DNA from: a virus
DNA length: 64,000 bases
IMG/VR virus record: IMGVR_UViG_3300045051_000978
Coordinates: 1 to 64,000 of that record
Strand: one strand, 5' to 3'
The position numbers were made by a program, and so were the translations under genes. Below the pieces are notes generated by a model. The model did no database searches. It saw nothing but the letters and a program-made list of their open reading frames with translations, and was not told the DNA's origin. The stretch's first letter is position 1. Each line of letters begins with the position of its first letter. Positions 42,822-53,129 of this stretch are shown piece after piece.

Positions 42822-44384
42822 ATGCCAACCACGATCACTTTTCCACGCAAGTTTCACGCCACAGTCAAGGGCTACTACCGCGCCAGCGTCGTCGATGCCA
42901 AGGGTGGTATCGTTTCGTCTACGGATTGGCATCCAAACCTGATCCTGGACAGCGGTCTGGACAAAATCGCGAGCATGCCGTGGGCTCAGGTCTTCCAGTT
43001 CTGCCTCGCCGGCAACAAAACTGGACCGACGGCTCCAGCCATCTCTGACACCAAGCTGGAGCAGCCGTACGCCCTCAACAGCTTCTGGCTGACCGGCTCC
43101 GAAAACTGCGGTCACTCCATCGCTGGCAACGTGCTCAAGCTGTACCGCACGTTCGACTTCTACCGGTTTCCGACCACGGTCATCATCACGGAACTCGGCT
43201 TCAAGGAGTCGCCTGCCGCAACGTCCCTCTTCAGCCGCGTGGTGCTTCCCAAGGCACAGCAGGTTGGCCCCGGACAGTTCCTACGCGTCAACTACGAGCT
43301 GAACATCACGCTGAATCCTGGCGCGGCGCAGTCGCCCAGCCCGGTGCCAACCATCGGCGGCTGGACAACAGGTGCCAGCGACAGCGAGTCGCTTCAGTTG
43401 TACGGCCTCTGCGGCATCTCAACCTCGACTTCGTTGGCCACGGCTATCGACGTGGGTGGGTTCTGCAACGAGCCGTTCGCGCCCGGCACGCGCAGCTTCG
43501 GTCCTGGCTACGGATTCGTGAACCGATGGCAGAACGGCGCAGACGTGGACTATATCGGTGCTTCCGGAAGCATGTCCACCAGGGTCGGACCGCTCTTCGA
43601 CTACGTTGGCGTCTACCAGAATCCGCACCAATTCCTCCAGTCGCGCATTCAGCTCAGCAACTCGGAAAGCGGTGGATCAAACAAAGGCAGCCTCACCAGC
43701 GCGGCCGGCGTCTTCAAAAATTACTACGACAAGGCGTTCCTGAACGCCATGGCGGCTGCCCACGGGTACTCGCTATCGTTTGGTAGCTCGGGCAACAACG
43801 GAGAAGTCACAAGCGTCAGCAACTCCAGCTACACCGACAAGACGGCTCCGTCTTCCGTAGACAATCGAGCGCACATCTGGGACCCGGTGGCGAAATACTA
43901 TCAGAGCCAGGACCTCCACGCGTGCAACGACTTCTTTTTCGATCCAGCGCTCAACGACGCCAGCAAGAGCTACGTCGCATTTCCTGGCAGCGTTGAACAG
44001 CCGGCGATCAACGCACCATTCTGGCAGGACTGGGTCGTCGCCGGGGCCAGCTGCTTCTTGTCCACAAACGCCACGGCACCAACGACCCTCGGTAGCACCG
44101 TTGACCGGGCGACCGCGGCCACGCAGTACGAACTGCCGCTCAGGTTGGATGTCTACACCCCTGGCAGCTTCACGCGCACCAAGTACGCGGTGTTCGACAC
44201 GTTCATTGCCAACGCAGGCTGGCGGTCCATCGGAATCGGCCCCACAAGCGCTGAGATCACTCCGAGCCTGATGAACGACGCAGCCACCAGCAACGGCTAC
44301 GTGTACGTCTTCAACGGCACGAACACCAAGGCCAACACCCACCAGCTGCGCATCGCGTTCGTTTACACGTGGGCACGCGCTTGA
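42822..44384 (+). CDS. virion structural protein (tail/baseplate-like)
   Basis: NLILDSGLD, ITELG, LFSRVV motifs typical of tail-fibre N-terminal domains. Confidence 0.75.
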   Translation: MPTTITFPRKFHATVKGYYRASVVDAKGGIVSSTDWHPNLILDSGLDKIASMPWAQVFQFCLAGNKTGPTAPAISDTKLEQPYALNSFWLTGSENCGHSIAGNVLKLYRTFDFYRFPTTVIITELGFKESPAATSLFSRVVLPKAQQVGPGQFLRVNYELNITLNPGAAQSPSPVPTIGGWTTGASDSESLQLYGLCGISTSTSLATAIDVGGFCNEPFAPGTRSFGPGYGFVNRWQNGADVDYIGASGSMSTRVGPLFDYVGVYQNPHQFLQSRIQLSNSESGGSNKGSLTSAAGVFKNYYDKAFLNAMAAAHGYSLSFGSSGNNGEVTSVSNSSYTDKTAPSSVDNRAHIWDPVAKYYQSQDLHACNDFFFDPALNDASKSYVAFPGSVEQPAINAPFWQDWVVAGASCFLSTNATAPTTLGSTVDRATAATQYELPLRLDVYTPGSFTRTKYAVFDTFIANAGWRSIGIGPTSAEITPSLMNDAATSNGYVYVFNGTNTKANTHQLRIAFVYTWARA

Positions 44385-44387
44385 TCC

Positions 44388-45281
44388 ATGGCCCAGCAGA
44401 TCATCAACACCGGTACAGTCGCCAACGACGGCACAGGCGACTACGTTCGCACAGCCTGGACCAAGGCCAACGCGAACTTCACCGAGCTGTACGCCTCGGT
44501 AGCCAGCCAAGGCGTTGAGATCGACGTTCTCCAGGCCGTCTTCGTCGGCACAAATCGCACCTACTACGTGTCCACCAGTGGGTCGGACGCGTTCGACGGC
44601 CTGACCATCGGCACGCCGCTGCGCACAGTCCAGGCGGCGGTCAACAAGGTCAAAGGAATCATCACAGCCCCGTCAGTCGCGACTACCATTCAGCTGGCTG
44701 ACGGAACCTACGCGGAGTCCGTGCTCGTCAGCGGACCGTTTATCGGAAGTGCCAGCGTTACGATTCAAGGCAACGCAGCCAATCCTCCGGCCACGGTGAT
44801 CAGTGGAAGTTCTTGGGGAGTTCAGGCAGCCAATCAGGGGGTGATCAATCTCCAGTCCCTTCGCCTTGCCGCTTCCGGAGGCCCGTGCGCCTTTTCCAAC
44901 GCGAGCTATGTCCTGGCTACGAACGTGGACTTTGTGGCGGGCGCTTCATGCGTGCGTGCGCAAAATGGTGGTAGCGTGCGGATTCAGACCACGGGCACGT
45001 TTTCAGGCGGCGGCTCCGCGGCCCTGTACGCCGTAAACGGCGGCGTAATCGACATGTCCTCCTGCGCTGTCACCGTCCGAAACGCGCCAACCTACTCGAC
45101 AGGATTCGCCTATGCCGAGGCAGGAGTCGTTGCAGCCTCAGGCTGTACGTTTTCCGGATCGTCAACAGGCACACGGTACTCTTCGATCCTGAACGGCGTA
45201 ATCAATACGGGTGGCGGCGGGGCCAACTTCTTCCCCGGAACTTTCGGAGGATCAACAGCAACTGGCGGTCAATACGCGTAA
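44388..45281 (+). CDS. tail spike-like paralog 1
   Basis: ANDGTGD..R.A..K.N.NFTELY anchor, then YVSTSGSD..DG and QLADGTY beta-helix start. Confidence 0.8.
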   Translation: MAQQIINTGTVANDGTGDYVRTAWTKANANFTELYASVASQGVEIDVLQAVFVGTNRTYYVSTSGSDAFDGLTIGTPLRTVQAAVNKVKGIITAPSVATTIQLADGTYAESVLVSGPFIGSASVTIQGNAANPPATVISGSSWGVQAANQGVINLQSLRLAASGGPCAFSNASYVLATNVDFVAGASCVRAQNGGSVRIQTTGTFSGGGSAALYAVNGGVIDMSSCAVTVRNAPTYSTGFAYAEAGVVAASGCTFSGSSTGTRYSSILNGVINTGGGGANFFPGTFGGSTATGGQYA

Positions 45282-45296
45282 CCACGAGCGTCGAGT

Positions 45297-46802
45297 GTGC
45301 GTTTTACTCTACACGATCTGCCGTTTCTCGCGTCGCTCGGAGCAACCGGAACTGTCGTCATCATCGACGCCGGCACCGAGTTCGGCAGCCACTATGTAGG
45401 CGTATTTGACGGCACGTACTTCGACGTTCCGGACGACCAGGCGTCGTACTTCCTGGCCCTGACTACGGGGACCCTGTTCGACTACACCGTAGACAATTCG
45501 TCGCTCCAGGTCTACGTCAGCGGCGGTACCCAAACGTCGATCACCGCCGAGGCCGCGTTCGGGTTCATCCAGGTCGCCTCAGGAACGTACAGCCTGGCAA
45601 CACCGGATAGCGCTGTCACCGAAACCTCCGTCACCAACGGCTCCTATTACACGCCCACTCTGGACCTGGCGACAACAGGTCTGCACGTGCAGAACGGCAC
45701 GTACACGTCCGCTTCGGTTGACAGCGCGACAGGCTCTTCATCGGTAAGCACTGGAACACTGGCAACACCAAGCACCGACAGCGCTTCTTCATCAGCTCTC
45801 CTCGGATCAGGCACGATTTCAACGCCGACGCAGGACACAGCGGACCACACGGCAAGCATTTCAGACGGAAGCTACGCACCTGGCGCGCCTGACCTCAGCC
45901 AGACAGCCTTGGCCGTATCCGCGGGCACGCACGTGCCCTACAACGTTGATTTCGCATCCGGCATCGAAGGAATTTCAAACGGCGACTACCAGACAGCCAT
46001 CGTCGATGAATCCACGAACCAGCCTGGCGTTGCTTCAGGCACCCTGACCCTTCCTGAAATCGACAGCACCGACAGCACTGTAGCGGTTTCAAACGGGACA
46101 CTGATCGTTTACAGTCCTGATGCTTCAACTTCCAGCACGGCAGTCTTCGACGGCACCAACCAAGCCGCCAACACGGACAACATCGCCTGGTTCCTCGCTG
46201 TGTCCGATGGTTCGTATGCAAGCTACGCTGGCGACGCCAGCAGCGCTCTCGTCGCGCTCGGCACAGGCACGTACAGCGCGTATACGCTAGACACGTCAGC
46301 TGGCACGACCGCCCTTCTACCGACGACAGGAACCATCGATCACTGGCTCCGGCAGAACGAGTGGGAAGCACTCGACATTACTGTCGTCGATTTCGGCAGC
46401 TACACGTACCCCTACGCGCTGGAAGTCCAGCTGCTCTACCCGATCTCTGGAGCGCTCCGCAGTGACGCACGTCTGTATACGGCAGATCGTACGATTTTCA
46501 CATGGCCCTTGTTCATGGGCAACTCGCCGTTCTGGTACAACCCACGCAAGTGGACCTGCGACGACGAGGGAACGATCACGTGCGACCTTGATCGCTCGGC
46601 CAGCGACACAGCAGACCTGACCACGATCACGGCAGACGCGTCGCTGATGGCGATGGACTCCACCGAAGAGACCTTTGACTCAACCAGCCTGACACTGGAT
46701 ATTTCCAACACTACCGACCTCGGATCGGCGCGGTTCGACGATGGCACAAGCTCGCCGACCGTTGACGAAACCGTCTGGTCCTGGGCGCACGTTCCGGTAT
46801 GA
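45297..46802 (+). CDS. Thr/Ser/Asp-rich repetitive virion protein
   Basis: Degenerate repeats of about 21 aa (D.A.....VS.GTY). Confidence 0.75.
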   Translation: MRFTLHDLPFLASLGATGTVVIIDAGTEFGSHYVGVFDGTYFDVPDDQASYFLALTTGTLFDYTVDNSSLQVYVSGGTQTSITAEAAFGFIQVASGTYSLATPDSAVTETSVTNGSYYTPTLDLATTGLHVQNGTYTSASVDSATGSSSVSTGTLATPSTDSASSSALLGSGTISTPTQDTADHTASISDGSYAPGAPDLSQTALAVSAGTHVPYNVDFASGIEGISNGDYQTAIVDESTNQPGVASGTLTLPEIDSTDSTVAVSNGTLIVYSPDASTSSTAVFDGTNQAANTDNIAWFLAVSDGSYASYAGDASSALVALGTGTYSAYTLDTSAGTTALLPTTGTIDHWLRQNEWEALDITVVDFGSYTYPYALEVQLLYPISGALRSDARLYTADRTIFTWPLFMGNSPFWYNPRKWTCDDEGTITCDLDRSASDTADLTTITADASLMAMDSTEETFDSTSLTLDISNTTDLGSARFDDGTSSPTVDETVWSWAHVPV

Positions 46803-47704
46803 GCCAGCAGATTATCGACATCGGCAACGCCTCTGACGACAGGCGCGGCGATTCGCCACGTCTAGCCGGTCAAAAGATCAACGCCAACTTCAGCGAACTG
46901 TACCCCTACTTCAACCGGAACAGGGTCGTGACGGACGTGGTGCTGTACGTCAGCACGACCGGCAACGATTCAAACAACGGACTCACTCCGGGCACTCCGT
47001 TTCTGACCGTCCAGAAGGGCGTCGATGTCGCATTGGCGGACTACATCATCCCCGACGGCAAGCGCGTCACAGTTCAGTTGGCAGACGGAACGTACACGCT
47101 ATCCACGGCTGTCCGATTCCGCGGACCACGCTTTGGTAATGCCATCGTTTCGTCGCGCTCCCTGATCATCCAGGGAAACGTTGGCACGCCAGCCAACGTG
47201 ATCGTCCAGTGTTCGACGAACAACGTCTTCCTGATCTATAACGGCTTCATCGAACTCCAAGGCATGGAGCTTCGCTGCACTTCGGCTGGAGCTGCCTGCG
47301 TCTGGGCTGAAGGCTTTTCGCGTGTAAGCTTGGCCTCCATGCGTTTCGGAGCCTCAGCTGCGGCGGCTGCCCACATCAACCTCTTCTACAACTCGTACTG
47401 CTTCGCCACTTCGTATACAGTGTCAGGCAGCTGCGCACGCCACATCAATCTGAACCACGGCAGCATGTTCCGGATGAGTTCAGCCACCATCACGTTCTCC
47501 GGAGCACCAGCGTTTTCCACTACGCTCTTGCAAGGACTGCTTGGGTCGGTTTTTGACCTGAACGCTGTAACCTACTCGGGAGCCATCACCGGCACACAGT
47601 ACGCGCTTACGAATCTGAGCATCCTGTCTTCCACCAACACAGTACCTGGGACAGCTGGAAGCGTCTCTACGGGCTCAAGGGTCATCAGCACAAGCTACAG
47701 GTAG
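46799..47704 (+). CDS. tail spike-like paralog 2
   Basis: Same anchor and beta-helix motifs as 44388. Confidence 0.8.
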   Translation: MSQQIIDIGNASDDRRGDSPRLAGQKINANFSELYPYFNRNRVVTDVVLYVSTTGNDSNNGLTPGTPFLTVQKGVDVALADYIIPDGKRVTVQLADGTYTLSTAVRFRGPRFGNAIVSSRSLIIQGNVGTPANVIVQCSTNNVFLIYNGFIELQGMELRCTSAGAACVWAEGFSRVSLASMRFGASAAAAAHINLFYNSYCFATSYTVSGSCARHINLNHGSMFRMSSATITFSGAPAFSTTLLQGLLGSVFDLNAVTYSGAITGTQYALTNLSILSSTNTVPGTAGSVSTGSRVISTSYR

Positions 47705-47705
47705 T

Positions 47706-48611
47706 ATGGCGCAGCAAACCATAGATGTCGGCAGCGCAGCGAACACTGGAGGAGAGTCCTTCTACTCCGGCGCGACGAAGATCAATGCCAACCTCACGGA
47801 GCTGGAAAGTAAAATTCTTGCTCCAGCTGAAGACGATCTGATCATCTATGTTTCCCCTTCGGGCAGCGACTCAAACAGCGGGCTTACTCCGTTTGACCCG
47901 GTCCTCACACTCGTCCGTGCGACCAGGATAGTTCACGACACCTATTTCACCACGAACGGCCAGGTCATCACGATCAAGCTGGCGGATGGAACGTATACAG
48001 CATCAACGGAGTGCCTTCCTGTACACGGCAACGGCGTCGTTCGCATCCTCGGAAATTCTGTAAACCCTGCAAACGTCCTGCTCACGACAGGGTCGAGTTC
48101 GACGCTGCTGTTCGCAACGCCGTGCCGCTACCTCCTGGCGGGCTGTGAGGTGCGTTGCTCAACTGGTTCCGGCACGGCCTGCGTCGTCGCCCGCCAGATG
48201 GCCTACGTCCAGATCGGGACAGGGATGATTTTTGGCCCAACGTCGGCGTCTTCAGATCACATCAACGCGACCGACCAGGGAATCGTGTCTGCTGTCGGAA
48301 ACTACTCGATCAACGGAGGGTGTCGGTATCACTACCACGCCAACTACGACGGACTCATCAAGGCAAACGGCATCACCTGCACAGTGACCTCATCTGTCAG
48401 CATGACGCGGTTTGCAAGGGCCATTGTGGCTGGAACTATCGAGTCGTTCAGTAGCACGTACGTCAACAGGAACAACGTTTCCACCTCCGCCTTCAACGCG
48501 GACATCTACGAAAACAGCGTCATCAACTGCCAAGGCGGTACCACTGCCAACTATTTTCCTGGTAACGGAGGCCCGGACGCCAACGGAACCAGCAACGGCT
48601 ACTGCTACTGA
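47706..48611 (+). CDS. tail spike-like paralog 3
   Basis: Same motifs (KINANLTEL, YVSPSGSDSNSG, KLADGTY). Confidence 0.8.
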   Translation: MAQQTIDVGSAANTGGESFYSGATKINANLTELESKILAPAEDDLIIYVSPSGSDSNSGLTPFDPVLTLVRATRIVHDTYFTTNGQVITIKLADGTYTASTECLPVHGNGVVRILGNSVNPANVLLTTGSSSTLLFATPCRYLLAGCEVRCSTGSGTACVVARQMAYVQIGTGMIFGPTSASSDHINATDQGIVSAVGNYSINGGCRYHYHANYDGLIKANGITCTVTSSVSMTRFARAIVAGTIESFSSTYVNRNNVSTSAFNADIYENSVINCQGGTTANYFPGNGGPDANGTSNGYCY

Positions 48612-49483
48612 TGATCACCACACCGCTCAGCATCGGCAATCCGAACAGCTGCACAGGCGACACGCTGCGCTCGGCTGGTCAAAAGCTGAACGATTCGTTT
48701 ACAGCCCTGTATGCGCTGCCAGCCGTCGGCTATGCGACCGACTACACCCTCTACGTCTCACCAACCGGCGACGACGCGAACGACGGAAAGACGGCACTGA
48801 CGCCTTTTCTGACGATTCAGAAAGCAGCCGACATTTTTCATCAGCACCAAAACCTGCAACAGAGCACACCTACGATTCAGCTGGCTGACGGAACGTATAC
48901 GCTCAGCGATGCAGTCTATCTCGGCAGGGTGTACGCCAACGGATTCCCAACCATTGTCGGAAACACGAGTGCACCGGCCAACGTCATCATCACCGCGGCG
49001 AATTCAAACTGCTTCAACGTGACGACCGGCACGTTTTGGATCATGAGCGGCCTTGAGCTGCGCTGCACGCTGTCCGGTGGTGCGTGCATCAGCATTGCAG
49101 AGCACTCCCGCGTTCAATTCGGCGCAGCCATGCGTTTTGGAACGTCTACAGGTGCGAACCACGTGGAAATCAATGATCACGGGATGTTCACGAACACGGT
49201 CGCTACAGCCATCACTGGCGGTGCTGCGCGGCACATCTACGCCATGAACTGCGCCTCGGCTCGTGTGGCTGCGGCGTACACGTTGACAGGAACTCCGGCT
49301 TTCAGCACCGCTTTCGTTCAGGCGAAAAACAGGTCGAACCTGAACCTCACCGGCTCCAGCTTCACCGGATCAGGCACGGGGAAGCGCTACGACGTAACAG
49401 GAATTGCCGTCGTAGCTACTGCCGGGCTGACCTTGCCCGGCAACGTCGGGGGCACAACCTCAAACGGCGGCATTTACTCATAG
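48611..49483 (+). CDS. tail spike-like paralog 4
   Basis: Same motifs (TGDTLRSAGQKLN, YVSPTGDDANDG). Confidence 0.8.
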   Translation: MITTPLSIGNPNSCTGDTLRSAGQKLNDSFTALYALPAVGYATDYTLYVSPTGDDANDGKTALTPFLTIQKAADIFHQHQNLQQSTPTIQLADGTYTLSDAVYLGRVYANGFPTIVGNTSAPANVIITAANSNCFNVTTGTFWIMSGLELRCTLSGGACISIAEHSRVQFGAAMRFGTSTGANHVEINDHGMFTNTVATAITGGAARHIYAMNCASARVAAAYTLTGTPAFSTAFVQAKNRSNLNLTGSSFTGSGTGKRYDVTGIAVVATAGLTLPGNVGGTTSNGGIYS

Positions 49484-49486
49484 CTT

Positions 49487-50362
49487 ATGGCACTCCGCAC
49501 AATCAGCCTCGGCACGCAGGCCAACGACGGCACTGGCGATCCACTGCGTTCTGCGTTCAACAAAATCAACCAAAACTTCGCAGAGAGCTACCGCGAAGTT
49601 ATCGGCAGCGACCGCACCTACTACGTCGCAACTACCGGCAGCGATTCCAACGACGGTCTGACAATTTCAACGCCGTTGCTGAACATCCAGACCGCCGTCG
49701 ATCTCATTGCCAACACGCTCTTCATTCCGTCGAGCAGAACCGTCACCGTTCAACTCGCAGACGGAACGTATACAGTGAATACGTCCGTCGTTTTGCGCCC
49801 AACGGCCGGCGGAGGCACGTTCATCATCAGCGGCAACGCAGGCAACGCTGCATCTGTCATCTGCACCATTTCTGTAAACGGCGGAGTATACCTAGCGTCC
49901 GACATCGCAGGTCTCTGGAACATCCGTAATCTGACCTTGCAGAGTTCAGCCAGTGGCAGTGGTCTTGTCGCAGAGCGCGGAGCGTCCATCGCATTCCAAA
50001 ACCTGATCTTCGGATCAGGCATGTCCAGCCACCTGGTTCCGGCTACCAATTCGGCCATCCGGGCAACTGGCAACTACACGATCACGGGCAGTGCGACGCA
50101 GCACGTCAACTCTGTCGTCGGCGGCACGCTCGACGTGACAAATCGCACCATCACCCTCACGGGCACACCCGTCTTCACCTACTTCTGCAACTGCGGCTAC
50201 GCAGCGACCGCCAATTTTGCCGGCTGTACCTTCAGCGGATCGGCTACCGGCTCACGCTACCAGGTTTTTGCCAACGGCGTCATCATCACAGGCGGTGCCA
50301 GCGCAACGTTCCTGCCTGGAAACGCGGTGGGCACTACCCTGACCGGCGGCGTGTACGCCTAA
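49487..50362 (+). CDS. tail spike-like paralog 5
   Basis: Same motifs (ANDGTGDPLRSAFNKIN, YVATTGSDSNDG). Confidence 0.8.
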   Translation: MALRTISLGTQANDGTGDPLRSAFNKINQNFAESYREVIGSDRTYYVATTGSDSNDGLTISTPLLNIQTAVDLIANTLFIPSSRTVTVQLADGTYTVNTSVVLRPTAGGGTFIISGNAGNAASVICTISVNGGVYLASDIAGLWNIRNLTLQSSASGSGLVAERGASIAFQNLIFGSGMSSHLVPATNSAIRATGNYTITGSATQHVNSVVGGTLDVTNRTITLTGTPVFTYFCNCGYAATANFAGCTFSGSATGSRYQVFANGVIITGGASATFLPGNAVGTTLTGGVYA

Positions 50363-50386
50363 TGCCCAAAGGGGTAGTTAGCTGCG

Positions 50387-51283
50387 ATGGCGCAGCAAAC
50401 CCTGAATCTCGGCACCGGAGCCAACACCGGAGATGGCGACTCGCTTCGCGCTGCTGGCCAGAAGATCAACAGCAACTTCACCGAGCTGTACGCTCGGGCA
50501 AACATCCTGGCTCCTACAGGAAGCCTGACGCTTTATGTCGCCACGACAGGCAGCGACAGCAACGACGGTCTGACGGTCGGCACGCCATTCCTGACGGTCA
50601 ACAAGGGCCTCACAGAAGCCGCCAAGTACATCTCCTTCGGCATCGCGGTGACAGTTCAGGTTGCTGACGGAACGTACAGCACACCTCTGATCCGCATTCC
50701 CAGGCTTCTCACGACCGGGCAAGCGAGCGGTGCCTTGATCCTGCAAGGCAACCCGACGACGCCAGCCAACTGCGTCCTGAGCGCACAAGCCGCCATCGGC
50801 TCCCTGCTATTCGCTGACGGTCCGCTCAACGCGGCCATCACAGGCTTCCGCCTCGTCGGAAATGCCACGACGTATGCAATCGATGCCCGCAGCTACGCAC
50901 GCGTCGCTTTCTCGGCGATTGAGTTCAGCACCGGATTTACCATCCACATCCTTGCCGGCGAACCATCAACTGTCACGGCAGCAGGCAACTATTCCATATC
51001 CGGCGGAGCGGCTTCACACGTCTACGCGGCAAACAACGGCTACGTAAACCTGGCTGGGCGCACGGTCACAGTCAGCGGTTCGCCGGCATGGTCCAGCTCG
51101 TTTGTAGACATTAACCGAGGCGCGGTGCTGCAAGCGCAGAGCATGACGTTCTCCGGAACCGCGTCCACCGGCCAGCGCTACTTCATTTGGGCCAACGGAG
51201 TCGTTTACATTAACAGCGTCTCCACCACCTACTTTCCCGGCAGCCTTGCGGGCGTGATTCAAACCGGAGGTCAGTACCTGTGA
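50387..51283 (+). CDS. tail spike-like paralog 6
   Basis: Same motifs (GDSLRAAGQKINSNFTELY); TAGTTA upstream. Confidence 0.8.
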   Translation: MAQQTLNLGTGANTGDGDSLRAAGQKINSNFTELYARANILAPTGSLTLYVATTGSDSNDGLTVGTPFLTVNKGLTEAAKYISFGIAVTVQVADGTYSTPLIRIPRLLTTGQASGALILQGNPTTPANCVLSAQAAIGSLLFADGPLNAAITGFRLVGNATTYAIDARSYARVAFSAIEFSTGFTIHILAGEPSTVTAAGNYSISGGAASHVYAANNGYVNLAGRTVTVSGSPAWSSSFVDINRGAVLQAQSMTFSGTASTGQRYFIWANGVVYINSVSTTYFPGSLAGVIQTGGQYL

Positions 51284-53127
51284 CCATCGACGTTTCAAAA
51301 ACCTACGCCTACACCGACGCGAACCTCGTTCGCGTTTACGTCGAAGGCACGGAACTTCAGAATCGAGGCAGCTGGATGCCCATCGGCACGTACGCCATCG
51401 GCGACGTGGTCGATTACGGAGACGCGCTCTATTTTTGCATCGCCGGCAACACCGGCATCGCACCGACAGGCGCGCTCGACGACTACTGGAGCCCCCTGGT
51501 CGAAATCAACGAGAACACTCCGATCACGAGCGCCGGGAGCGACGCGTACGCCCGTGAGGTGGCTCTCGCCGCGTACGGCACAGCGCAAATGGCCCTCCAG
51601 GTCGGGTCATCTGCCTACGATCTCGCGCTGCAAGCGCTGGAAGCGGCTTCGTCTGGAACGACCAGCGTCACCTACCTGGTCGCTGAAAACGCCTACTACC
51701 TGGCCGGCGACGCGTACGCGCTCGCTGAAAGCGGCACAACTCAAGCACAGGCGGCACAGGGAACGGCCAACAGCGCCTTCTCGGTAGCCAACGCGGCCTG
51801 GGTGCTCGCGCAGATCGGAACGAACACGGGGACCGCGGCGTACAACCTTGCCGGAAACGCTCTGAGCGCAGCAGGGGCAGCGCAGAGCACAGCCAACAGC
51901 GCAGCGTCGGCCGCAGCGTCGGCGCAGAGCACAGCCAACAGTGCCTACAGCCTGGCAGCAACAGGAACGACCGCGGCGGCAGGGGCACAAAGCGCTGCGA
52001 ACTCCGCGCAGTCTACAGCTCAAGCGGCTTACGCGCTCGCTGTAGACGGAACTGAATCTAGTGCCGCGGCGCAGAATAGAGCGGATGCAGCGTACTCGCT
52101 CGCTCAGATCGGAACGAACACTGGCACTGCGGCGTACAACCTCGCTGCGGCTGCTCTCGCGCTGGCTCAACAGGGAACGTCAGCAGGAGCAGCGTACTCG
52201 CTGGCTGAAGCAGCCTATGCGCTCGCTCAGATCGGCACCGATTCCAGCGCGTCAGCGTTCAGTGTCGCGCAAGCGGCGTATTCGCTCGCTCAGATCGGTA
52301 CAAACACGGGTACTGCGGCGTACGATCTCGCCGCAGCCGCGTATTCGCTCGCAGCTTCCGGTACAGGGGCCACAGAAGCGCTCAGTTTGGCGCAAGCAGC
52401 CTACGCGCTCGCGCAGATCGGAACGAACACGGGGACGGCAGCGTACCAGCTGGCCGATGCTGGCAGCAGCCTCGCATGGACAGCGTATCAGCTGGCGCTC
52501 CTCGGCACGACGCAAGGAGGCGGAGGCGGAGGTGATGGCGCTCTGTCGCAGGCGGCGTGGAATCTGGCACAGATCGGAACAAACACCGGGACGGCAGCGT
52601 ACAACCTGGCCGGACAAGCGTGGGCGCTGGCTCAGGCCGGCACCAACACAGGCACGTTCGCCTACAACCTGGCTGCCTACGGCACCGTGCTCGCAGGCCA
52701 GGCGTACACGCTCGCGGAAGAGGCTGTGCAGAACTTTGAGACCATCATGACGAACGGTCGCGTCGCGCTGGTGGTCCTTTGCTCAGCGTTTACACCTTCT
52801 TCGATTGGGCCTGATGCAGCGCAGGTCGTTGTACCGTACGAGTTCGACGGCAGCCAGGCCATCGACTGGACTGTCCGACGACTTCAGATGCGCGTGGCCG
52901 ATTTTGGCGGCTCGCCGTCTGTCCGACTGGAGCACTCAACGAGCGCAGGGGCGTTTGCGGCAAACGCGCTGACCACGCTGACGCTAGGATCGAACACGTA
53001 CGAAAACGGCACCTACGGCATCTTCGGAACCGTCACCAGCGGTGACAAGCTGCGCATGAATGTGCTGGACCTCGGAACTGCCCAAAACTGGTTCGTGTCG
53101 GTGCAGTTGTACCATCCATACACCTGA
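51280..53127 (+). CDS. Ala-rich coiled-coil fibre protein
   Basis: Five exact and two variant LAQIGTNTGTAAY repeats in an Ala-rich stalk. Confidence 0.82.
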   Translation: MTIDVSKTYAYTDANLVRVYVEGTELQNRGSWMPIGTYAIGDVVDYGDALYFCIAGNTGIAPTGALDDYWSPLVEINENTPITSAGSDAYAREVALAAYGTAQMALQVGSSAYDLALQALEAASSGTTSVTYLVAENAYYLAGDAYALAESGTTQAQAAQGTANSAFSVANAAWVLAQIGTNTGTAAYNLAGNALSAAGAAQSTANSAASAAASAQSTANSAYSLAATGTTAAAGAQSAANSAQSTAQAAYALAVDGTESSAAAQNRADAAYSLAQIGTNTGTAAYNLAAAALALAQQGTSAGAAYSLAEAAYALAQIGTDSSASAFSVAQAAYSLAQIGTNTGTAAYDLAAAAYSLAASGTGATEALSLAQAAYALAQIGTNTGTAAYQLADAGSSLAWTAYQLALLGTTQGGGGGGDGALSQAAWNLAQIGTNTGTAAYNLAGQAWALAQAGTNTGTFAYNLAAYGTVLAGQAYTLAEEAVQNFETIMTNGRVALVVLCSAFTPSSIGPDAAQVVVPYEFDGSQAIDWTVRRLQMRVADFGGSPSVRLEHSTSAGAFAANALTTLTLGSNTYENGTYGIFGTVTSGDKLRMNVLDLGTAQNWFVSVQLYHPYT

Positions 53128-53129
53128 TC

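Noticed and set aside
41270-52680. CRISPR array or diversity-generating retroelement
   Set aside because: The repeats are in-frame protein repeats with synonymous variation; no spacers, cas genes, reverse transcriptase or adenine-specific template pair were seen.
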